Shown here: positions 16,416 to 24,339 of the stretch, piece after piece | Layout: each line of letters starts with the position of its first letter | Position numbering within the stretch: the first letter of the stretch is position 1 | Assembly: GCF_051201565.1 (NCBI RefSeq) | Contig: NZ_CP179200.1 | Span: 660,001 to 692,000 of the forward strand | Reading direction: 5' to 3' | Length of the DNA: 32,000 nucleotides | Source of the DNA: Pseudothioglobus sp. nBUS_23 | Lineage (GTDB): Bacteria; Pseudomonadota; Gammaproteobacteria; PS1; Pseudothioglobaceae | The notes under the pieces: model-generated | Told to the model about the DNA's origin: nothing | What the model saw: the letters and a program-made list of their open reading frames with translations, nothing else | Database searches by the model: none | Program-made: the position numbers and the translations under genes

Positions 16416-18827
16416 ATGGAGTTTTTAACAAAGAATAAAAAACTAGTTCAGTTAGCTGTAGTGTTTTTTGGCTTCTTTGTTCTAGTTTTAATGACAGGGC
16501 AGTACAGCGAAATCATTGATGTTCGCGACGGCTTTACTAATGCAGTTGAGGATGGCAAGATAGTTGCAGTGACTGGATTTTCAGAGTCCATCAGTATGAT
16601 TATGAGTGGGCAGTTACCCCCTCAACTGGTGAGAATACCTCAGCTCAATTTTTTGAATCCTGTTTTCAGTAATTCTGGGATTTATCTATTCGTTTCTTTG
16701 ATGATAATTCTGGGATTAGTATTCAGAAATTATTATTCGGTTTCTCAATCTAAAATTATCAACCCAGCCGGTTGGTTTAAGGAGAACTGGACAAAGTTGT
16801 TCTCCTACTCGATAGTTTCTTTTTTTGCTGGTTTGTTTATTATTCCAACTTTAGTCACTTGGATTTTTGGTAATCCAGGTTCGAGCAGTTTTTGGAATCT
16901 ACCTACCATTGTGACTGATTTTGCAAACTTTTTAATGTATGACTGGTTTCCAGTTCAGGTTTATGACCCCGATATTGAGGAATTTGAAGATAAGGCATTA
17001 ATTTTTCAAATTACAAGGGGCATCTCTGCTGGGCTTTTATTTAGTATTGAGCTAATACGTGAAATTCTTTTAGGTGGAATCAAGACGATTGTTACTTTTA
17101 CAAGTTGGGACTGGATTGATGAAAACCCATGGGCCGTTTGGCCAGCACTTCCTTGGACTGTGGTTTGTGTAACTGCAACGATGATGGGTTATGCCCTGCA
17201 GGGAAGAGGTCTGGCTATTTTAGCTGCTTTTTCAACTATCTATATCTCTGTTTTTGGGCAGTGGCAACCCTCAATGGAAACCTTGTCGTTTGTGTTAATT
17301 GCTGCTCCAGTATCTTTCGCACTAGGCTTATTTTTTGGAGTGTGGTCTTTCAAGAGTAAGACAGTTGAATCTGCCCTGACACCGTTTCTTAACATTGCGC
17401 AGACAATGCCTCACTTTTCTTACTTAGTACCAGTTATGGTATTTTTTGGAATTGGAGATCAGGCAGGTGCTATTGCGACCATTATTTTTGCGACTCCTCC
17501 AATGATTAGGCTCACTTTGCTTGGCCTCAAAAAAGTTTCACCTGAGGTTTTGGATGCTGGGATGATGAGTGGCTGTACAAGTTCCCAGCTCATGTTTAAA
17601 GTTCTGATTCCAACTGCAAGGCGTGACATTTTAATTGGTGTAAACCAAGTCATTATGCAGTGCCTAGCTATGGCGGTTATAGCATCCTTTATTGGAGCGA
17701 AAGGACTTGGTTTTAATCTGCTTTTAGCGCTGAATCAGCTCAGGGTAGGCTTAGCAATGGAGCTTGGTATTTGTATTGTTCTGATTGCTGTATTGCTGGA
17801 CAAATTGTCACTTGCTTGGGCGAACAAACAGACTGACTACTTTGCAGATCTTCCTTTTATTCAAAGGCATAAATGGTCCCTTTTATTTGTAGTGATTCTC
17901 TTTTCAGGTTCAATTATTGCTTATGTTGGTACTTTTGTATTTAATGGGGGTATTAACTACTTCTACTTAATTCCTCATAACAAGGGCGTCACTCTGGAGC
18001 CAATATTGCAAGGAGGAATCGATTGGTTTTTAGATACTTTCTTTTTTGCCCTTCAAGGCTTCAATGAATGGCTTATTGTGGATGTGTTATTTCCTATGAG
18101 GGAGGCATATTTGTCGATGCCTGTTGTTGCAACATTCTTTTTAGTCATGGGTATTGGTTACATTGTTGGCGGAGTAAGGTCAGCTCTCATTGTTGGATCT
18201 TTTTTACTGTTTATTGCCGTTCTGGAGTGGTGGGAAAGAGCCTTAATTACCGCCTATATGGCTAGTTTTGGAGTTATAGTATCAGGCATTATTGGTATCA
18301 CTGTTGGCTCATTGTGTGCACAAAGCAGAGCTGCAACTAAAGTCATCTTGTTAATTTGTGATACCTTTCAGACGTTCCCATCCTTTGTCTACTTAATTCC
18401 AGTCATGATTTTATTTGGAATCACTGATACTTCTGTTCTAATTGCAGTTATTGTGTATGCTACGATTCCAGCAACGAGATATACCGTAGAAGGTCTTATC
18501 AGCGTTCCTGAATCACTCCAAGACGCAGGCTCAATGTCTGGAGTGACCAAGATGCAGAGATGGCTCAAGATTGAACTTCCGCTCGCATTCCCTCACATCA
18601 TTTTAGGGATTAATCAGACTGTCATATTCGCTTTATTTATGGTCATTATCGGCGCCTTTATTGGTACAGAAGATTTAGGTCAATACATTATTAAAGCCTT
18701 GTCTGATAAGCAAGGAATTGGTAATGGCCTATTGCTTGGGCTTTGTGTTGCTGCAATAGGACTGACTGTTGATCATCTGATTCAGACCTGGGCGACTCAG
18801 AGAAGAAAGCTTTTAGGAATTGACTAA
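16416..18827 (+). CDS. tmoV: Fused double-permease of a betaine/TMAO-type ABC transporter
   Basis: 803-aa ORF with two clearly paralogous ProW/OpuAB-like halves. These are TMPHFSYLVPVMVFFGIGDQAG...LDAGMMSGCTSSQ (aa ~330-470) and TFPSFVYLIPVMILFGITDTSV...LQDAGSMSGVTKMQ (aa ~650-800). A hydrophobic N-terminal extension precedes them. The start lies 3 nt after the tmoW stop. Confidence 0.75.
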   Translation: MEFLTKNKKLVQLAVVFFGFFVLVLMTGQYSEIIDVRDGFTNAVEDGKIVAVTGFSESISMIMSGQLPPQLVRIPQLNFLNPVFSNSGIYLFVSLMIILGLVFRNYYSVSQSKIINPAGWFKENWTKLFSYSIVSFFAGLFIIPTLVTWIFGNPGSSSFWNLPTIVTDFANFLMYDWFPVQVYDPDIEEFEDKALIFQITRGISAGLLFSIELIREILLGGIKTIVTFTSWDWIDENPWAVWPALPWTVVCVTATMMGYALQGRGLAILAAFSTIYISVFGQWQPSMETLSFVLIAAPVSFALGLFFGVWSFKSKTVESALTPFLNIAQTMPHFSYLVPVMVFFGIGDQAGAIATIIFATPPMIRLTLLGLKKVSPEVLDAGMMSGCTSSQLMFKVLIPTARRDILIGVNQVIMQCLAMAVIASFIGAKGLGFNLLLALNQLRVGLAMELGICIVLIAVLLDKLSLAWANKQTDYFADLPFIQRHKWSLLFVVILFSGSIIAYVGTFVFNGGINYFYLIPHNKGVTLEPILQGGIDWFLDTFFFALQGFNEWLIVDVLFPMREAYLSMPVVATFFLVMGIGYIVGGVRSALIVGSFLLFIAVLEWWERALITAYMASFGVIVSGIIGITVGSLCAQSRAATKVILLICDTFQTFPSFVYLIPVMILFGITDTSVLIAVIVYATIPATRYTVEGLISVPESLQDAGSMSGVTKMQRWLKIELPLAFPHIILGINQTVIFALFMVIIGAFIGTEDLGQYIIKALSDKQGIGNGLLLGLCVAAIGLTVDHLIQTWATQRRKLLGID

Positions 18828-18942
18828 ACAAACAATCTGGACTATCCCTAAAATTCAAATCTAATTGAAATTAATTAATAATTTTATTTGACATTCCATC
18901 GATAATAACGATCATGCAAACTAATATATTGGAGATCTTTAA

Positions 18943-19776
18943 ATGAAGATTATTGACGGCAAAACACTGGCTCAAAATCTTAGAAAAAATATTGCAAATG
19001 AGGTGAAGCAGTATTCGAGACCTCCTGGGTTAGCAGTCGTTCTAGTCGGGGATGATGAGGCCTCTCAGGTGTATGTCAGAAACAAAACAAGAGCCTGCGT
19101 TGAGGTTGGCTTTTATTCAGATCAAATTCACAAATCAGCAAATATAACAGAAGAGGAGCTGCTCTCAGAGATTAATCGCCTGAATGAAAATAAAACCATA
19201 GATGGTATTTTGGTTCAGCTTCCATTGCCACCCCATATCGACTCGAATAAAATTATCGAAGCAATAATTCCTGAAAAGGATGTGGACGGCTTTAGTAGTG
19301 AAAATGTTGGCAAGCTAAGTCTAAATAAGTCATTTATTAGTCCGTGTACGCCCAAAGGCGTAATGAAAATGCTTGAATCAATCAAGTATGACTTGCGCGG
19401 TAAGGACTGCGTCATCATTGGTGCATCTAATATTGTAGGTAGACCCATGTCGATGGAGCTTCTCAATGCTGGGGCAACAGTACAGGTGTGTCATAAAGGC
19501 ACAAAAAACATCACTGAAAAAACAAAATTAGCTGATGTCATTATTGCTGCTGCGGGAGTAGCGAACCTTGTTAAATCGGACTGGGTTAAGGAGGGCGCCG
19601 TGATTATCGATGTTGGCATCAATCGTCTTGATGATGGCACTCTTGCCGGCGATGTCGATTTTGATGATGTTAAGGATATAGCCTCTGCAATCTCACCAGT
19701 GCCTGGCGGTGTTGGGCCGATGACGATTGCTGTTCTTCTTGAGAATACTCTGATTGCCTATCAAGCAAAACTATAA
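18943..19776 (+). CDS. folD: Bifunctional 5,10-methylene-tetrahydrofolate dehydrogenase / methenyl-THF cyclohydrolase
   Basis: 277-aa ORF with FolD motifs (SQVYVRNKTRAC, DGILVQLPLP, VIIGASNIVGRPM, PVPGGVGPMTIA). GGAG SD is present. Confidence 0.93.
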   Translation: MKIIDGKTLAQNLRKNIANEVKQYSRPPGLAVVLVGDDEASQVYVRNKTRACVEVGFYSDQIHKSANITEEELLSEINRLNENKTIDGILVQLPLPPHIDSNKIIEAIIPEKDVDGFSSENVGKLSLNKSFISPCTPKGVMKMLESIKYDLRGKDCVIIGASNIVGRPMSMELLNAGATVQVCHKGTKNITEKTKLADVIIAAAGVANLVKSDWVKEGAVIIDVGINRLDDGTLAGDVDFDDVKDIASAISPVPGGVGPMTIAVLLENTLIAYQAKL

Positions 19777-20946
19777 ATTAGTGACATTCTTTAATCTAAA
19801 CTCTTGTACTTTCGTTGCAACCCAGTGATGAAAGCAATGCGTAGCGCTATCCATTACTGGAGAAAACTTACCACCATCGAACATTAAGCCGCTTCTTCCA
19901 CTCTGCATTCCTTCGACAACGCCTATATCCTCGCTAAAGACCGTTTTCCAAAAAGATGCATTCGATTCGATTAGGCTATTTAATTGAGGCATTTCAGATG
20001 GATTTTTTGCATAGTAAAGCGATACATGTTCGACTGTTTTATGGGTAGAGAGTGGCTCAATGATTATCGAAAAGAAGTGGTCTCTATGAACACCCAGAAG
20101 TACATTTGGATAGAGCGCAATATATTCACTGGTAGTATCCCATTTCTCTGAGAGGCTTTCAAAATCTGGAAACACATTTCCGTTGTCATCCTTGATTTGA
20201 TTGTATACGTGAGAACCCTGCCCAGAAAAGTATCCCTTCTCTTCGATGTGATAGTGATCTTCTATGCTCGAGGTGATGTTGAGCTCGGGATGAACCCACG
20301 GCAAGTGATAACTCTCGCAATAGTTCTCAACAGCAAGCTTCCAGTTTGTATCCAGGCTCAATGAGAAGGAAGAGTGCTCGCCGCCATGAAAGAGAGGTTT
20401 GACAAACTCTGACCATCTCTTAATAACTTTAGAGGCGTATTCTGAAAATTCTGGTGCGTTATTGGATATATTGACAAAGACGATGTCTTGCCAAACTGCA
20501 GATCGGATTTCAAACAAACCCAGTTCATCATTTTTAATTGACTCATGGCTATTTGTATCAGTCCCTCCAACCATTGGGGTGGCGCAGAGCTCTCCAGTTA
20601 GATTGTAGCACCAACTATGATAAGGGCAGCGTATGACTCCTTTGATGTTGGTGGGTTCATTAATTAAGATCATTCCTCTGTGACGGCACGTATTCTGAAA
20701 GACATTGATATTGCTATCACTGTCACGAACCATAATCAAAGGCATACCTAAAAAATTTATTGGCTTTACATCGCCTGGGTTTGGAATATCTTTTCCTGTT
20801 CCTATGGCCGACCAGTTATCAAATAAAATGGCTTGTTTCTCTTCTTCAAAGACCTCTTGGCTTACATAATGCTGATTCGGTAAACCCTTTGCTTTGTCGG
20901 TTGAAGTGAGCACAGCATCAAGATTGCTTAAATTAGATTTGTTCAT
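19771..20946 (-). CDS. Rieske [2Fe-2S] non-heme iron oxygenase, alpha-subunit type (GbcA/CntA/Stc2-like class), substrate unknown
   Basis: 391-aa ORF with C87-R-H89-x17-C107-P-Y-H110 (nt 20617-20688) and a mononuclear iron motif ENYCESYHLPWVH. There is no beta-subunit or reductase gene nearby. Confidence 0.8.
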   Translation of the reverse strand: MNKSNLSNLDAVLTSTDKAKGLPNQHYVSQEVFEEEKQAILFDNWSAIGTGKDIPNPGDVKPINFLGMPLIMVRDSDSNINVFQNTCRHRGMILINEPTNIKGVIRCPYHSWCYNLTGELCATPMVGGTDTNSHESIKNDELGLFEIRSAVWQDIVFVNISNNAPEFSEYASKVIKRWSEFVKPLFHGGEHSSFSLSLDTNWKLAVENYCESYHLPWVHPELNITSSIEDHYHIEEKGYFSGQGSHVYNQIKDDNGNVFPDFESLSEKWDTTSEYIALYPNVLLGVHRDHFFSIIIEPLSTHKTVEHVSLYYAKNPSEMPQLNSLIESNASFWKTVFSEDIGVVEGMQSGRSGLMFDGGKFSPVMDSATHCFHHWVATKVQEFRLKNVTNL

Positions 20947-20958
20947 GGTTCTAAAAGA

Positions 20959-21615
20959 TTAAGGCTCGTACTCTGGGTATGCCAAGGTTGCAACGAGATG
21001 CGTTCTAGGTTTGTCTCCACCATTGAGAGCGGTATGGTAGCCGCGCGTATCCGTGAAATAGACTGAGCCATCGGCAGGAAGATGAGTGCAGTGATGATTC
21101 ACTATGAATAACGAGCCAGGGTTGGTATAAATTGGGATGTGAAGCCTTGGCTCTGGATCCCTATGCCAAGAGTTACAATTAAAGCTATCTTTTTCAAGAA
21201 TTCGAACTCTTCCAATGGGGTAGCGCGCAGTTAGCTCATCATAGATTGTTTCAAAATAGGTGCCCTTGAAAATATCGACAAGCTCAGAGAATGATGCCTC
21301 GTCAACGAGTTCATCCTTCGCAATCTCTTGATAGCTCTCGTCAATTCGAGTGTAGTAGCGACCAACTAAATCTTTGTCCGCATCTATAGAGCTATTTTTT
21401 CTTTTAGTCATTGCAAGAGCATGAAAACCAGATGCAGCAGTTTTGAACTGTGCGCCAGCTTTTATATCATCTAGTGCTTTCCGTATTCTCTTTATGTCAA
21501 ACTTAAGCTTGAGCTTTACGATGTGCTCATTGCCCTTAAAAGATGCAACAGAAGCTATGTCAACTCGCTCATTAATATAAGAATTTAATTCTTTTGTGTC
21601 CTCTGAAATGCCCAT
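20959..21615 (-). CDS. Aspartyl/asparaginyl beta-hydroxylase-like 2OG/Fe(II) oxygenase (cupin), substrate unknown
   Basis: The C-terminus of this 218-aa ORF aligns by eye to the AspH/LpxO core. WHRDPEPRLHIPI matches PHTGPTNCRLRMHLGL, and YFTDTRGYHTALN matches IFDDSFEHEVWQ. This gives an HxD...H triad. The gene lies 12 bp upstream of the Rieske gene. Confidence 0.55.
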   Translation of the reverse strand: MGISEDTKELNSYINERVDIASVASFKGNEHIVKLKLKFDIKRIRKALDDIKAGAQFKTAASGFHALAMTKRKNSSIDADKDLVGRYYTRIDESYQEIAKDELVDEASFSELVDIFKGTYFETIYDELTARYPIGRVRILEKDSFNCNSWHRDPEPRLHIPIYTNPGSLFIVNHHCTHLPADGSVYFTDTRGYHTALNGGDKPRTHLVATLAYPEYEP

Positions 21616-21744
21616 CTTTAACTTAATATTAACAATAAATTTCTAGAAACGTCTTAAAATGACATCATACTGTTTATTGATTTTAAAGAAAGACAATAAA
21701 ATTCAAATAAAAAATTGAATATTTTTCATTTGCGTGAAATTAAA

Positions 21745-22635
21745 CTAGGGTTTAGCGATTAAGAAGTCCCTTAGTATTTTGACGTTTTCCGGAAGCAATT
21801 CTTCTTTTTCACTCATGATGTAGAGAGCAGAAGGCGCAGGGATCGATGTGTCTCCATAGATTATAAGTTCACCACTATCAATCTTAGGTTTACAAAGATG
21901 TTTCCATCCTAGAACAATTCCCATGCCGTCACTGGCAACTTGAAGCCCAATCATGTAGTTATTCACATGGGTGCCCGGTGCAATCTTTCCTTTGTATCCT
22001 AGAGCATTAAACCAAGAAAACCAATTCGACCAGTTTTTATCTTTAGCCCGGAGATGAATTAATGGAGCCCGAGCTAAATCTTCGATAGAGTTATATGGAA
22101 ATTCTTTTGCAAATGAAGGGCTGCACAAAGGAACCAATTCATCTTGAAACAGCGTATGTTTTTGAGTCGACTCGTTTTCAACAAACCCGTAACAAATCTT
22201 CAGGTCAACAGCAACACCTTGTGAGTCAGGATTGTCAGTTACATGCTGATTAACCGGAATCTCCGGGTGCTGCTTCCAGAATTCAGCTAATCGAGGTGGA
22301 AGCCACATAAATGAAACCGCTGTTGTTCCGCTAATAATAACCTCTTTATCACTGGCAGAACGTCTAAGATTGGCAAGTGTTGAGGATACCGCAGTAAAAC
22401 TACTTTGGAGAACAGCAAACAAAGATTCGCCATGATCAGTTAAATTATTACCGTGGTGCTTTCTATCAAATAGAGAGAGTCCAAGTTCAGTTTCCAAAAA
22501 CTTTATTTGGTGACTGACCGCCCCTGGAGTGACTCCAAGCTCTTCTGCTGCACCTTTAAAACTTCTATGACGTGCAGCTGTCTCGAATGTCGCTAGCGAA
22601 GTTAACGGCGGTAATTTGTAATATCTACGTGACAT
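21745..22635 (-). CDS. LysR-family transcriptional regulator (GcvA-like N-terminus)
   Basis: 296-aa ORF with HTH FKGAAEELGVTPGAVSHQIKFLE and a C-terminal LysR substrate-binding fold. It is divergent from the flavoprotein-soxBDAG operon. Confidence 0.9.
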   Translation of the reverse strand: MSRRYYKLPPLTSLATFETAARHRSFKGAAEELGVTPGAVSHQIKFLETELGLSLFDRKHHGNNLTDHGESLFAVLQSSFTAVSSTLANLRRSASDKEVIISGTTAVSFMWLPPRLAEFWKQHPEIPVNQHVTDNPDSQGVAVDLKICYGFVENESTQKHTLFQDELVPLCSPSFAKEFPYNSIEDLARAPLIHLRAKDKNWSNWFSWFNALGYKGKIAPGTHVNNYMIGLQVASDGMGIVLGWKHLCKPKIDSGELIIYGDTSIPAPSALYIMSEKEELLPENVKILRDFLIAKP

Positions 22636-22830
22636 AAATATTTCCCTAATGTTGAATACAAGTATACTTACTTTTTACATTTTGTGTTCATGTTGAGCCT
22701 TTTTATCTATCAAAGAAGCTGCTAAAATATCTTGAGCATATTTGCGCTAGATGCTTTAATAGCTATTAAAATAGAGATTTAATAAAAAACACAACTCAAC
22801 TGAAACCCCTTTCATATTGTGTGAATAGAG

Positions 22831-22859
22831 TCTATATACATTTTTTTCAAGTATATAGA
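22831..22859. promoter_or_regulatory. Candidate LysR-type operator (interrupted dyad)
   Basis: Perfect 9-bp arms TCTATATAC (22831-22839) / GTATATAGA (22851-22859) separated by 11 nt. The centre lies about 80 bp upstream of the TSS predicted from the 22891-22918 promoter. Confidence 0.35.
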
Positions 22860-22890
22860 ATTATTTTCAATTCGATTTGAATTTTTTAAC

Positions 22891-22918
22891 CTGACATGCC
22901 TTTCAAAATATTGATAAT
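22891..22918 (+). promoter_or_regulatory. Candidate sigma70 promoter of the flavoprotein-soxBDAG operon
   Basis: CTGACA (22891-22896), a 16-nt spacer and GATAAT (22913-22918), about 70 bp upstream of the ATG at 22990. Confidence 0.3.
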
Positions 22919-22989
22919 TATGCTTACTGAAAAATCATTTATATGTTTGTTTAATATTTCAAAAACACTAAAATCACAAGGAGATTAAT

Positions 22990-24336
22990 ATGTCTTTACC
23001 AACTCAAGCCGAATACGTTATTGCTGGCGCAGGAATTCACGGATTATCAACTGCATGGCGCCTCGCAGAACGTCTCATTGAAAAAGGCGAGAATGTTGAA
23101 GGTCGAATCGTAATTATTGATAAAGCTGACAGAATTGCGGCGGGTGCAACTGGTATCGCATGCGGGGTTGTCCGTAACAACTATTTCCAACCTGCCATGC
23201 GTAAGCTGATGGCTCACTCGGTTAGCATTTGGGAAAGCGATCCAGAGGCATTTAGTTATCACGCTAATGGGTATATGCAAATTTCATGTGAAAAAATGAG
23301 AGAAGACGTTAAACAAATTCATGCTGAGCAGGCTGCAATTGGATATGAAAGTGTCTTTATTGAAGGTGAAGATGAGTCTCGTGACTACATGCTCAACCTT
23401 TTTGAGGATTGGCAGGCTGAGGGCATTACCTCTGTTCTTCATGAGAAGCCGGGCGGTTATGCAAACAACGTGAAGGCCATGGAGGGTCTCTCAAAGAAAG
23501 TACTAGACCTTGGCGTAACTGTTGCACTCGAGACAGAAATAACGGGCTTCGAAACCGAAGGTGCTGGGCAGAGCGTGACCGCTGTTGTGACTAACAAAGG
23601 AACCATCCAGTGTGACAATTTAATTGTTGGGGCTGGGCCTTGGGTTCGTGATTTTTGGAATATGCTGGGTTTACCAACACAAATTGAGCTTAAAGACCTG
23701 GAGGGTCAGGTCCATGAAAATATTGATATGTGGCGTTTTTGGCAATTGGAAGAGGGTGTCTTAGAAATTCCACCTGAAACTCTGGTTACTAACGATGGCA
23801 AGATTCCACCAGTTCTTCATGTAGATACGGATGCGCCATTATATTCAACAGTAGATGGTTCACTCATCACCGATCAAATGTGGGGTATTTATTATAAGCC
23901 TGACTGGGGTTTTGGGGGTATTCAGGGCGGAGCCTCACCTTACACTGTCGATACGCCAGTAAATGAAGTGGCTATTGACCCTTATGGTCCAGAAAGTAAA
24001 GAGTTTACAGCAAGTAAAGATTTTCCAGAAATGTGGGTATCAGCGCTTGCGCATTGCCACAAAAGATTTGAGGGCATGATGCCTCATTATCACAAGGAGC
24101 CATCGGGTGGAATTGGTTGCTTTACTCCGGACAGCTTCCCTGTCATTGATACCTTTAACAATAATGTAACAATCATTGCAGATAGTAACCACGGCTATAA
24201 AATGTTGGGTGTTGGTTGCTTAGTTGCTGAGGAATTGCTAGGCGAGAAGCAAGAGCTTCTTGAGCCTTTCAGGTTCAGTCGTTTTAAAGAGGGTAAATTA
24301 CACCCAGTTTCTAACAGTCCTTATCCTTGGAGTTAA
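22990..24336 (+). CDS. FAD-dependent oxidoreductase (DAO family), divergent SoxB-like paralog
   Basis: 448-aa ORF with the dinucleotide fold YVIAGAGIHGLSTAWRLA and the C-terminal DAO motif SNHGYKMLGVGCLVAEELLG. It aligns by eye along SoxB. AAGGAG SD is present. It is the first gene of the operon. Confidence 0.8.
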   Translation: MSLPTQAEYVIAGAGIHGLSTAWRLAERLIEKGENVEGRIVIIDKADRIAAGATGIACGVVRNNYFQPAMRKLMAHSVSIWESDPEAFSYHANGYMQISCEKMREDVKQIHAEQAAIGYESVFIEGEDESRDYMLNLFEDWQAEGITSVLHEKPGGYANNVKAMEGLSKKVLDLGVTVALETEITGFETEGAGQSVTAVVTNKGTIQCDNLIVGAGPWVRDFWNMLGLPTQIELKDLEGQVHENIDMWRFWQLEEGVLEIPPETLVTNDGKIPPVLHVDTDAPLYSTVDGSLITDQMWGIYYKPDWGFGGIQGGASPYTVDTPVNEVAIDPYGPESKEFTASKDFPEMWVSALAHCHKRFEGMMPHYHKEPSGGIGCFTPDSFPVIDTFNNNVTIIADSNHGYKMLGVGCLVAEELLGEKQELLEPFRFSRFKEGKLHPVSNSPYPWS

Positions 24337-24339
24337 ATT

